This document shows, piece by piece, positions 10,708-19,778 of a stretch of 39,722 nt of DNA. Within the stretch, counting starts at the first letter, position 1, and every line of letters starts with the position of its first letter. The DNA is taken from sequence record SRR20825006_805, one strand, 5' to 3'. Below the pieces are notes generated by a model. It was given only the letters and a program-made list of their open reading frames with translations, was not told the DNA's origin and made no database searches. Position numbers and translations under genes: made by a program.

Positions 10708-11811
10708 ATGAAGACGCGACATCGCCAGAGATCCTGGCTCCCGATATTGGTGTGTACCTTCGCAGGAGGATGGGCGCTCCTTGCCTGCGGTCCTGGGGTC
10801 TGGGAGCCCGTGCCCGATCCCCCGCAGCACATCAAGTACGACACTGTGCGGATCGAGTACGGTGAGGGGGATGATAGGCTCGACCCGACGCAGGAGGATT
10901 TCGAGCAAGTCCAGCAAACGCTCGTCGGCGAGCAATCCGAGATCGCGATGTTGACGCTCGATACGATCTCGGACACCAACAGGGCGATCTACTCGACGCT
11001 CGATCTGATCGACAGGATCAAGAAGCTCCCCTACTCCTACGACGAGGACTCGAAGACCTACGTGTGGGAAGGGCGCGGCGGGAAGCAGGACAACTACGTC
11101 CGCCTCGAGGTCCGCACGAGGGCGCTGGAGACGCGTCCGCGTGGGGATAATATCGATCAGTCGCACACCTTCGCGCTCTATTACGGCCTGTCGGTTTCGG
11201 ACAAGGAGCTGGTCGCTGACGGCGAGTTCGAGCGCTTCTCGAACGGCCTCGAGACAGGAAGCCGCCAGCAGGGCGAAGGGATCTTGAGGATCTACTTCGA
11301 TAACCGCCGCCTCTACGACAACACCTCGCCAAAAGGCGTGATGAGGATCGCGTTTCGCTCCAAAAATGGTGTGCGCCAGGTCAGGTCAGGCCTGTTCCGA
11401 ACGCACATCAACAGCCCCGAGCAGATGCTCAACGCGATCTATGAATACGAGCAATACGCCGACAAGCAAGGCCGCTTCCGCTTCTTCGGGAATCAGAACG
11501 TCGATGGCGAGCCAAAGCGCGAGTTCGTTTCGGTCAACGCGGCATGGACGGGAGCCCGCGACGGCATCGCGGCGGTACGCGCCACGGGAGGAAGCCTTGG
11601 CGAGCAACAGCTGCTCTTCAGGCAATGCTGGGACCCTGGTTCGATCACGACCTTTATGGCGACGCGCCCCTCGAATCCCGAGTTCGAAGGGGGAACCAAG
11701 GAGGATTGTGACGAGACCTTGCGAGACCTGGAGCTCGAGGCGCCCGAGTACAAAGACGCGCCCGAGCAAGACCCGGGAATCCCTGATCCTCACCCACGAG
11801 AGAGCCCCTGA
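10708..11811 (+). CDS. putative lipoprotein of unknown function
   Basis: Basic N-terminus, hydrophobic stretch and lipobox LLA-C; beta-rich mature part with a C-terminal Cys pair. Confidence 0.7.
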   Translation: MKTRHRQRSWLPILVCTFAGGWALLACGPGVWEPVPDPPQHIKYDTVRIEYGEGDDRLDPTQEDFEQVQQTLVGEQSEIAMLTLDTISDTNRAIYSTLDLIDRIKKLPYSYDEDSKTYVWEGRGGKQDNYVRLEVRTRALETRPRGDNIDQSHTFALYYGLSVSDKELVADGEFERFSNGLETGSRQQGEGILRIYFDNRRLYDNTSPKGVMRIAFRSKNGVRQVRSGLFRTHINSPEQMLNAIYEYEQYADKQGRFRFFGNQNVDGEPKREFVSVNAAWTGARDGIAAVRATGGSLGEQQLLFRQCWDPGSITTFMATRPSNPEFEGGTKEDCDETLRDLELEAPEYKDAPEQDPGIPDPHPRESP

Positions 11812-11964
11812 TCCGGGCAATGATTCCTGCGCGCAAGAAACAAATTGGGCCGCTGCGTTGCTTTCACGATGGGACATCTTGTAGGTTCAAGAAGAGCGCC
11901 TCTGGCAGCGCTCGGAACGTGAAGATACGAGGCGCCAAGCCTTCAAGCATTGCAGGGAACATCC

Positions 11965-13152
11965 ATGCTGAGTCGCAAGCGGGTCACACTCGCCATCGTG
12001 ATCGCGCTCACCGTCGTCCTATCGATCGGTGTCGGCGCGTTCGCTTATTTCTCGGGAAAAGGGAACGAATCCGAGATCAAGATCGTACCGGCCGAGGAGG
12101 CCGTGGAGTTTTCGCCTGCGCGCGTAGCGCCCACCGAGGCAAAGTCGGTCGAGCCCGCGCCAAAAGAGACAACACCTCCCACACCTCTCGCCAAAGAGGA
12201 GGCCGCCGATACGCTCGCGCCAGAGGATCAGCTCTCACCAGAAGCGCTCGAGCTCGCCTACCAGATCGATCAGCTCCATCAACAGGAGCACGCCATCGGT
12301 CAAAAGAAGATCGGCAAGGAGGACACCGAGTTCTCCGAGAAAGACTTCGAGGACAAGGTCAAGGTCACCATCCAGTCCAATCCCCCCGCCAAGATCCTCA
12401 TCGACGGCGAGGAGACCGATTACACCACGCCCAAGACGTTCCCGCTCGATCCTGGCAAGTACGACGTGACCGTGCGCTACGAGAACAAGAAGCTCTCGGA
12501 GAAGAAGGTCATCCAGGCGCGAAAGGGCTCCAACGTGAAGCTCAACTTCCGCCAGCCGATCACCGAGCGCTCCGACAAGGATAAGGACGCCAAGAAGAAG
12601 AAGGTTCGCACGCTCAAGCCCGCCTTGCTCGTGCTCGTCACCAACTTCGACAAGGCCGACATCACCGTCAACGGGCTCCCTTACCCCGAGTACTACGAGG
12701 AGCCCGAGGACGAGGGGATGTTGCTCCCCGCAGGCGGCCCCTACAACGTGCTCGTGAGCTATGATGGCAAGAGCAAGGCTTATGATATCTCGCTCAAGCC
12801 CTACGAGGCGCGCTACCTCGTCGTCGAGCTGACCGGTTTCAAGGGTGGCGGCGCGGCTCCTGCTCCTGCGCGTCCCGCGACGCCAAAGCCTCCTGTCAAA
12901 AAGGAAGAGCCCAAGGAAGAGAAGAAGGACGACGAGGGCTCTGGAAAGGTCACCGTCTACTCCAAACCTCGCGGCGATATCCTCCTCGATGGCAAGGAGG
13001 CTGGCAAGCGCACGCCGAACACCATCGACGCCGACGAGGGTCGCCACGAGGTGCAGGTGCGCTACGAGTCTGGCGAGACCTCCGAGCCTAAGATCGTGCG
13101 TGTTCGTAAGGGCTCGCGCATCAAGCTCTTCTTCCGAGAACCTGCCAAGTAA
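11965..13152 (+). CDS. membrane-anchored PEGA-domain protein
   Basis: N-terminal TM helix and three PEGA-like repeats (TIQSNPPAKILIDG..TPK, VTNFDKADITVNG, VYSKPRGDILLDG..TPN). Confidence 0.8.
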   Translation: MLSRKRVTLAIVIALTVVLSIGVGAFAYFSGKGNESEIKIVPAEEAVEFSPARVAPTEAKSVEPAPKETTPPTPLAKEEAADTLAPEDQLSPEALELAYQIDQLHQQEHAIGQKKIGKEDTEFSEKDFEDKVKVTIQSNPPAKILIDGEETDYTTPKTFPLDPGKYDVTVRYENKKLSEKKVIQARKGSNVKLNFRQPITERSDKDKDAKKKKVRTLKPALLVLVTNFDKADITVNGLPYPEYYEEPEDEGMLLPAGGPYNVLVSYDGKSKAYDISLKPYEARYLVVELTGFKGGGAAPAPARPATPKPPVKKEEPKEEKKDDEGSGKVTVYSKPRGDILLDGKEAGKRTPNTIDADEGRHEVQVRYESGETSEPKIVRVRKGSRIKLFFREPAK

Positions 13153-13168
13153 TCACTCGAGAAGAGCA

Positions 13169-13224
13169 GCAAGAAATGAGGCGAGGCGGACCTGCACACA
13201 GGTCCGCCTCGCCTCATTTCTTGC
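13169..13224. terminator. perfect 26-bp hairpin, probable bidirectional terminator, containing one GGCGAG-N22-CTCGCC copy
   Basis: GCAAGAAATGAGGCGAGGCGGACCTG-CACA-CAGGTCCGCCTCGCCTCATTTCTTGC between convergent genes. Confidence 0.8.
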
Positions 13225-13239
13225 CCGTTGTTTTCTCGA

Positions 13240-14709
13240 TCACTTGCTCTCGAAGAAGTCCAGCACGCGGCGCTTCGAGGACGCTGACCTGGCGCGGTTC
13301 TCTGCCCACTCACGCAGCGCTTTGATCTTCTCCTCGTAGGTCTGATACAGCGGCACCGTGTCTCGGATGGCGAACACGAGGTCATCCGGTGTGAGCTCTC
13401 GTCGCGCGGCAAAGGCCGAGTAGAGACCGCTGACGACGACCTGCTCGAGCTCGGAGCCCGAGAAGTTCTCGGTGCGTCTGGCCAACTCCTCGAGCACGTC
13501 TCCCTCCATCACACGGCGCCTCTTCTGGAGGTGAATCCGCAGGATCTCCTGACGATCCGAGTGGTCCGGGAGATCCACGAAGAAGATCTCGTCGAAGCGA
13601 CCCTTTCGCAAAAGCTCGGGCGGCAGATCCTCGACCTGGTTTGCCGTGGCCACCAGAAACACGGGCGCGCTCTTCTCCTGCAACCACGTGAGCAAGGAGC
13701 CGAGCACGCGCACGGCGCGCCCATCGTTATCGCGCGCGAACCCCTTCTCGATTTCGTCCATCCACAGCACGCACGGCGAGAGCGCCTCGCTCATCGAGAG
13801 CGCGTCGCGCAAGGTCTCATCGGGAGAGTTGCGACCATCGAACACGCGCCCCAGGTCGAGCCGCAACAATGGCAGGCCCCAGTAGCGTCCGATCGCCTTG
13901 GCTGAGAGGCTCTTCCCACAACCCTGGACACCGACCAGGAGCAACCCGCGTGGCGCGGGCAGTCCGAACGACCTGGCCTCCGATGAGAACGCGTCCTTGC
14001 GCTCGTCGAGCCAGTGCTTGAGCTCGGAGAGGCCGCCGATCTGATGCATTCCCTCTTTGAGCGGGTGGAACTCGAGCGCGTCGTTGTTCGAGATCAGGCG
14101 CTGCTTCTCTTCGAGCACGGAGGCTTCGAGATCGAATGGCGAGTTCCTGGTGAGCGCCTCTTCGAACTGCTGTCGCACGCGCACGAACGCGCGCTGTGCC
14201 TCCTTGAAGGTCAGGCCCATCGCGCCGGTCACGAGTGCTTCTGTGTCGATGCCATCGTCCTTGCCAAAGGACTCCTCGCACGCGGTGCGAATGGCCGCGC
14301 GACCTGGCAGCGGCATGACCTTGCGCGTGATCTCTTTCTGGAGCTCGAGGTGTGTGATGCGGTGAGGTCCGACAAAGACGAGCGTCTTGTGGGAGCCCGC
14401 GCAGATCGGCTCGAGCTCGCGCAATCTGCGACGCAATACCATATCCTCGAGCATGGGCGCGGCGTCCTTGAAGATAAAGATCCCCATCGCCTCGCTCTGC
14501 GCGATGGCGTCGAAAGCGTGCAGCAGGTTGGCCGATTCTTCCTGGCCATTGAACCCGCGCGTCGGGCTCCACTCCCAGACGGGGCGGTGGTCGGCTGCGG
14601 CGAGGCGGTGGAGAAGCTCCACGCACCTCGCCTCTTCGTGGGTTTCGATCTGGATGATCGAGTAGGGCGCGCGAAGCAGCGCGCGCAGGTCGCGTGTAAA
14701 GGATGACAT
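13240..14709 (-). CDS. AAA+ ATPase, Ycf46-like
   Basis: N-terminal IETHEE, Walker A GVQGCGKS, Walker B WMDEIEK, LLRKGRFDEIFFVDLP and C-terminal IKALREWA. Start placed at ATG 14709. Confidence 0.88.
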   Translation of the reverse strand: MSSFTRDLRALLRAPYSIIQIETHEEARCVELLHRLAAADHRPVWEWSPTRGFNGQEESANLLHAFDAIAQSEAMGIFIFKDAAPMLEDMVLRRRLRELEPICAGSHKTLVFVGPHRITHLELQKEITRKVMPLPGRAAIRTACEESFGKDDGIDTEALVTGAMGLTFKEAQRAFVRVRQQFEEALTRNSPFDLEASVLEEKQRLISNNDALEFHPLKEGMHQIGGLSELKHWLDERKDAFSSEARSFGLPAPRGLLLVGVQGCGKSLSAKAIGRYWGLPLLRLDLGRVFDGRNSPDETLRDALSMSEALSPCVLWMDEIEKGFARDNDGRAVRVLGSLLTWLQEKSAPVFLVATANQVEDLPPELLRKGRFDEIFFVDLPDHSDRQEILRIHLQKRRRVMEGDVLEELARRTENFSGSELEQVVVSGLYSAFAARRELTPDDLVFAIRDTVPLYQTYEEKIKALREWAENRARSASSKRRVLDFFESK

Positions 14710-14755
14710 CTCGCGAAGACCTCGAATGCTTTGAGTGCACGCGGCAAGAAATGCG

Positions 14756-14790
14756 TGTGGCGAGGTTGCTCGAAAGGCAACCTCGCCACA
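14756..14790. repeat. perfect 14-bp intergenic hairpin (GGCGAG-N17-CTCGCC variant)
   Basis: TGTGGCGAGGTTGC-TCGAAAG-GCAACCTCGCCACA, preceded by the same GCAAGAAATG found in the 13169 hairpin. Confidence 0.7.
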
Positions 14791-14825
14791 TCGTAGTTCC
14801 AAATGCTTCTCAGCGGTAGGTTCGC

Positions 14826-15749
14826 TCAGGCGGCTTCGTTCCCGAGGACCTCGTGGAGTTTATGGAGCAACGGGAGCTCGGGGGCGACATCCGAGAGCAT
14901 GATCGGAGTTTGCCCCTCCTCGACGCGGCGCGCGATGTTGGCGCGCAGAAGCTCGCGCCACTCGGCGGCCAGATCCTCGATGCGTTTTTTGGAGCTCGGG
15001 CTCGGCGCGGGGAGCGAGTGCCAGGTTTGTGTGGGCTTCATGAGCGTGGCGCGGCTTTTCCACTGCCCCTTTTGTTTGCCGGTTTCGTTGCAGTGGAGGT
15101 CGATCTTGGCGATGAGCTTGACCTCTCCTTGTGCGCGAAGGCCCGTCTTGAAGGCGAGCTCGGAGATGCTGATGCAGACGCGCTGCGAGCCGACCTCGAG
15201 GTGGAGCTCTTCCCTGTCCTCGAAGAGGAGCGTGGGGAGCTCTTCATCGAGCCAGAACGCGAGCGAATCTCGTTCCGGTGGTGGAACCAATGCGTTGAGC
15301 AATGGTTCGTACAGGCGCATCGGCGCGATGAAGTTGGTGATCAGGTTGTCGACGGGGTTTTCCTCGTCGAGTTCGAGCAGGGTATCGGTGATAATCCTGC
15401 GTACACGCGCCCCCGCGTGCTCGTCCATGGGGGCGTGCAGAACTTGAAGAATGTGCGCGGGGAAGAGCTCCTCGACGTGAAGGAGGTGCTCTTCATTGTC
15501 GCGCTCGACGCGCATGTCGAGCGCGATGCGTACTTTATCGATGTCGCGGTTGGTCGCGTTCGGGTTGCGGCAGGAGCAACGTTGGCATTCGAGGCGGATT
15601 CGGCTGCTCGCGACGCCGATGATGGCGTCGTCGAGGTTGGCCTGAAAGGTTGCTGGCCAACCGCTCTGTCCCGCCACCAGAAATGCCCCGAGAGTGCCTT
15701 CGGCGAACATCGGGTCTAGTGTATCCTGCGCTGTGGAAGGCGCTGTCAT
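14826..15749 (-). CDS. hypothetical protein with a CxxCxC motif
   Basis: 307-aa ORF, GAGGT ribosome-binding site upstream of ATG, CQRCSC motif, co-oriented upstream of the AAA ATPase. Confidence 0.65.
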   Translation of the reverse strand: MTAPSTAQDTLDPMFAEGTLGAFLVAGQSGWPATFQANLDDAIIGVASSRIRLECQRCSCRNPNATNRDIDKVRIALDMRVERDNEEHLLHVEELFPAHILQVLHAPMDEHAGARVRRIITDTLLELDEENPVDNLITNFIAPMRLYEPLLNALVPPPERDSLAFWLDEELPTLLFEDREELHLEVGSQRVCISISELAFKTGLRAQGEVKLIAKIDLHCNETGKQKGQWKSRATLMKPTQTWHSLPAPSPSSKKRIEDLAAEWRELLRANIARRVEEGQTPIMLSDVAPELPLLHKLHEVLGNEAA

Positions 15750-15828
15750 GGGTGGCTACCTCGATGGTTCGTGAACTTTGACTTTCCTCCTCGCCGACCT
15801 TGGCGAGGAAGCGAAGACCTAACAATCA

Positions 15829-15854
15829 TTGACGGTAAAAATTCCAACCGTCAA
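15829..15854. promoter_or_regulatory. candidate operator palindrome TTGACGGT-N10-ACCGTCAA
   Basis: Perfect 8-bp inverted repeat with an AT-rich spacer in a divergent intergenic region. Confidence 0.45.
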
Positions 15855-15944
15855 GAAGAGGGCTCGTTCGACCGACTCTATCGTGCTCTCTGAGAGTATG
15901 CGGAGAGGGGGCGGTGGCCTTCTCTCCTTTGTGATGAGGATAGC

Positions 15945-16913
15945 ATGCGACCCGTTTCAAAAACGTTTCCCCAGACGCCCGATGGTTGGCAGCTCGAGCT
16001 GCAATCTTTCATCGACCCGAAAGCGCACGATCCTCAAAAGAAACCGATACTTTTCATCCCTGGCTATGGGATGAACTCCTATATCCTGGCAAACCATCCA
16101 ACATCCGAGTCGATCATCGAGCATCTGTGCTCTCGAGGGTTCGCGGTGTGGGCCGCCAATTTGCGGGGGCAAGGCGGCGCGCGACGCGTAGGGGGGCCGC
16201 GTCGCATAAGCCTTAACGAGTTGGTCTGCGTCGACATTCCAACCGCCATCGACGCGGTCTTGAACGAAAGCGGAGCGTCCTCGCTGATTTACGCCGGGTG
16301 TAGCCTGGGCGCGGCGATCGGCTACGGTTATCTGGCGCATAACCCGAGGGGACATGGCCTCGATGCGATGGTCGCGTTGGGCGGGCCGTTTCGCTGGGAA
16401 GACCCTCACCCGATGGTCTCACTGCTCGCCAGGGCGCCAGGTCTGGTCGGCGCTCTGCCCATCAAGGGCACTCGTCAGATGGCCGCCGTGGGGTTGTCGC
16501 TCGCCAGGAAGATCCCCCAGGTGATCTCTCCCTACATGAACGCTCGCGCGGTCAACCTGACCAACCCCGCCGCGCTCGTTCCGGGCGTGGATGATCCGAC
16601 GCCGTATCTGAACAGGCAGCTCGCGCGCTGGATCGCGACAAAGGATCTGGTGGTCGGCGGGGTGCACGTGACCTCGGCCATAAAAGAGGTCGAGGATGTG
16701 GACCTGCTTTGCATCTTTGCCAACAAGGATGGCATCGTTCCTCCAGAGACGGCGCTCTCGGTGCTCGATTATATGGAGGCCGGGCGCAAGGACGTGATCA
16801 AGGCTGGCGATGATCACCTGTGGTTCGCGCACGCCGATCTGTTCGTCTCTGATCACGCGCGCACGATCGTCTTCGAGCCGATGGCCGAGTGGTTGATCGC
16901 GCGTCAGCGTTAA
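15945..16913 (+). CDS. alpha/beta-fold hydrolase
   Basis: PGYGMN oxyanion region, nucleophile elbow GCSLG, Asp in NKDGIVP and His in FAHADL. GAGGA ribosome-binding site. Confidence 0.85.
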   Translation: MRPVSKTFPQTPDGWQLELQSFIDPKAHDPQKKPILFIPGYGMNSYILANHPTSESIIEHLCSRGFAVWAANLRGQGGARRVGGPRRISLNELVCVDIPTAIDAVLNESGASSLIYAGCSLGAAIGYGYLAHNPRGHGLDAMVALGGPFRWEDPHPMVSLLARAPGLVGALPIKGTRQMAAVGLSLARKIPQVISPYMNARAVNLTNPAALVPGVDDPTPYLNRQLARWIATKDLVVGGVHVTSAIKEVEDVDLLCIFANKDGIVPPETALSVLDYMEAGRKDVIKAGDDHLWFAHADLFVSDHARTIVFEPMAEWLIARQR

Positions 16914-16958
16914 ACAAACCTCACTTTACCAATCATTGCCTGAAGCTGGAGCGTTGGG

Positions 16959-17765
16959 ATGCCCGAACTCTCTGAGGTCGAGGTCGCGCGAACGCGCGTC
17001 GAGTCCTGGTGGCGCGGTCGCGCCGCCGATGAAGTCCGCGTCGAGGATGACGAGGTCTTCGATAACCCCGCTGGCCTCGATGTCGAGGAGCTCTTCAAGC
17101 GCGAGGTCGTCTCTGTCCGCAGGCGCGGCAAGTACCTCGTGGTCGACTTCGAGGAGGACGCCGCCGCGATCTTTCATTTCCGCATGACCGGCAAGATCAC
17201 CCTGAGCGAAGCGCCGACACGTCGCTTCACGAGGCTCTCCTGGCATGTGCCCGATGTGGGGTGGCTCGTCTTCGACGACGCGCGCCGGTTGGGCGATGTG
17301 GTCTTGATGGAGGGTGATCCTCTCGAGGCGCATCCTCCGCTTATCGCGATGGGGCCAGAGCCTCACGATATCGAGGATGGCGCCGGGTTGGCCGACCTGC
17401 TCGGCGGGAGGAGGCGCAGGCTAAAGGATATGCTGCTCGACCAATCCGTGATCGCTGGCGTGGGAAACATCGCCATCAGCGAGCTCTACTGGCGCATCGG
17501 GCTCCACCCCAAGGTCCGCGCCAACGAACTCACCGAGGAGCAGCTCGAGGGCCTGGCGTCCGAGATGCCGATCTACTTCGACTGGCTCGTCGAGGATCAG
17601 ATGGCCGATGAGATCGTCTACCTCAACGAGGGCAAGGCCAAGAATCCATTCGACGTCTACGCGCGAGAAGATGAGCCATGCCCGCGCTGCAAGACGAGCA
17701 TCGAGAGGATGACCTTCGGTGGGAGGTCCACCTATTACTGCCCGACCTGTCAGCCTTCGTCCTGA
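16959..17765 (+). CDS. mutM: formamidopyrimidine-DNA glycosylase (Fpg/Nei family)
   Basis: N-terminal PELSEVE, RRGKYL, HFRMTG, H2TH IAGVGNI and C-terminal zinc finger CPRC...CPTCQ. Confidence 0.88.
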   Translation: MPELSEVEVARTRVESWWRGRAADEVRVEDDEVFDNPAGLDVEELFKREVVSVRRRGKYLVVDFEEDAAAIFHFRMTGKITLSEAPTRRFTRLSWHVPDVGWLVFDDARRLGDVVLMEGDPLEAHPPLIAMGPEPHDIEDGAGLADLLGGRRRRLKDMLLDQSVIAGVGNIAISELYWRIGLHPKVRANELTEEQLEGLASEMPIYFDWLVEDQMADEIVYLNEGKAKNPFDVYAREDEPCPRCKTSIERMTFGGRSTYYCPTCQPSS

Positions 17766-17924
17766 CTCCCCCAGGGCTTACACCAACTGATGTCCGCGTG
17801 GTAAACTCGCGCGGTGTCTGGAGAACGGGGAAGTGTCCGGCGCGCTCGTGCGTTTGCCACGTATCCTCACTGACGAGCACGCAGCCCCGCGCTGTGCTCG
17901 GTGCAAAGAATCAGGAGTTCGACC

Positions 17925-19772
17925 TTGAAGCGCCCTCATCTCATAAAGATCCTCGCGTTGGCGATGTTCGCCTCGCTGACATTCTCTGCTTCATCTGCGT
18001 TCGCTGGCGAAGCCGAATTCCAGACCATGCAACAGGCCAGGAGCGCCTATGATAGCGGGGAGTGGGACAAGGCGATCAAGATGTACAAGGGGGTCTACGA
18101 CGGCGTCGAAGACAACGATCCTCTCAAGGCCGAGGCCGCGCTCGAGTGGAGCAACATCCTCTGGGAGCGCGGCGAGTACAAGCAGGCCAAGAAGTTGGCC
18201 GAGGAGGCGCTCGAGCTCGCGCGAAAGTTCAAGCTCGATGCCGCCGTTGGGCGCTTGCTCGTGAACATCGGCCATATCGAGGCGAGCCAGGGGCAGTTCT
18301 CCAGAGCGCGCAAGACGTTCCAGCTTTGCGCCTCGATGAGCAATGAGAATCAGGACCCTGTCTTTGGCGCGGTGTGCAGGATGAACCTCTCGCTGCTCGA
18401 TCGCCTCAAGGGACGACCAGGGCAGACAAACGCCGAGCTGCAGCGCGACATCAAGCTGCTCGAAGGCGCCAACAGTCCTCTGGCGGCTGGCAGCGCGCTC
18501 GCGCGCACCGCCGATTTTTATGCGCGCAACAAGGACTACGCCAGCGCGTTGATGATGCTCCAGAAGGCGCAGAGTCAGTTTGCCTCCGCAGGGAGCGTCC
18601 CCGCGCAGGCAAGAAACCGCATTCGTCTGGCGCAGGTGCTCCAGGATAGCGGTGACTACGACGGCGCCAAAAAGCAGCTCGAGCTCGCGACCGGCGCCCT
18701 GCAGAAGATGAACAACCGCCCCGCGTTGGTGAACGCCTATGGCTTGTTTGGCCGGGATGCTCAACATCGAGGGCAGCGCGGTCAGGCCGTCGGGCACTAC
18801 AACAAATCCCTCAAGCTTTCGCAGAGCATCGGGAACCCACAACTGATCGCGCAGAGCAACCTGGCGTTGTGCGAGGTGCTGGCGAGTCCGACCCCGCTCG
18901 ACGGGGTCGATCATCACTGCGCGCAGGCAGATCAGCGCTTCGGGAAGCTCGGCGTCCCGGAGCTGCAAGTGCGCGCCAAGATCGTGCGCGGCAACATGGC
19001 GCAATCGCGAGGTTCATTGCAGGAGGCACGCACCATCTACAAGGAGGTGCTCGTGCTGATGGACAAGATCTCGCCGGCTGTGCGCGACGAGCCAACGATC
19101 GCTGTGCAACACGCGAACCTCTGTCAGATCGAGCGCGAGCTCAACATCACCGGCACCCTGAAGACGTGCAAGGCCGCGCTCGAGAAGCTCAAGGGGTTGG
19201 GGAACTCCGCCGCCTACACCGAGCATATCGCGGCGACGTATTACGCCGCCGGGTTCGCCGCGCAATCCGAGGAGCGCCTCAAGCAGTCGCTTCGCTACTT
19301 CGAGCAAGCATCACTGGCCTACATGAAACTCGATAACCCCGAGCCTGTGCGCGCCGCCGACGCGAGGTTGCGTATGGGGATCATCTACTCGGCGGTCCTG
19401 AAGGGCGAGGGCGAGGCGGAGAAGGCGATGCGCGCTGGCATCGACCTGTTGCAAGGGCAGGACGCGAGGCCAAACGCGGTGTTGGTCCGCACGCAGCTTC
19501 ATCAGCAGCTCGTGCAGTTGTTGGCTGATCAAAAGCAGTGGGACAAGGTCAGCACAGAGGCGCGCGCGCTGGTCGACTACGCGGCCAAGCACAACAACCG
19601 CGCCTCGCAAGGCTGGGCTTACAACTACATGGCGCAGGCGTTGCTCAAGAGCGGTGATAAGGCGGGCGCGATCGAGGCGCTCGAGGATGGTGTCGCGATC
19701 CTCGATGGGGTCGCTGGCGAAAAAGATCAGCGTCAGATGATGCAGAAGAGCCTGAAGAGCTTGAAGAAGTGA
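17925..19772 (+). CDS. exported TPR-repeat protein
   Basis: Signal peptide ending SSAFA, many TPR-like helices, TTG start after AGGAG. Confidence 0.78.
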   Translation: MKRPHLIKILALAMFASLTFSASSAFAGEAEFQTMQQARSAYDSGEWDKAIKMYKGVYDGVEDNDPLKAEAALEWSNILWERGEYKQAKKLAEEALELARKFKLDAAVGRLLVNIGHIEASQGQFSRARKTFQLCASMSNENQDPVFGAVCRMNLSLLDRLKGRPGQTNAELQRDIKLLEGANSPLAAGSALARTADFYARNKDYASALMMLQKAQSQFASAGSVPAQARNRIRLAQVLQDSGDYDGAKKQLELATGALQKMNNRPALVNAYGLFGRDAQHRGQRGQAVGHYNKSLKLSQSIGNPQLIAQSNLALCEVLASPTPLDGVDHHCAQADQRFGKLGVPELQVRAKIVRGNMAQSRGSLQEARTIYKEVLVLMDKISPAVRDEPTIAVQHANLCQIERELNITGTLKTCKAALEKLKGLGNSAAYTEHIAATYYAAGFAAQSEERLKQSLRYFEQASLAYMKLDNPEPVRAADARLRMGIIYSAVLKGEGEAEKAMRAGIDLLQGQDARPNAVLVRTQLHQQLVQLLADQKQWDKVSTEARALVDYAAKHNNRASQGWAYNYMAQALLKSGDKAGAIEALEDGVAILDGVAGEKDQRQMMQKSLKSLKK

Positions 19773-19778
19773 TGTCTG

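Noticed and set aside
16959-16982. PELSEVE instead of PELPEVE in Fpg
   Set aside because: Catalytic Pro2 and Glu3 are intact, so this is an ordinary variant.
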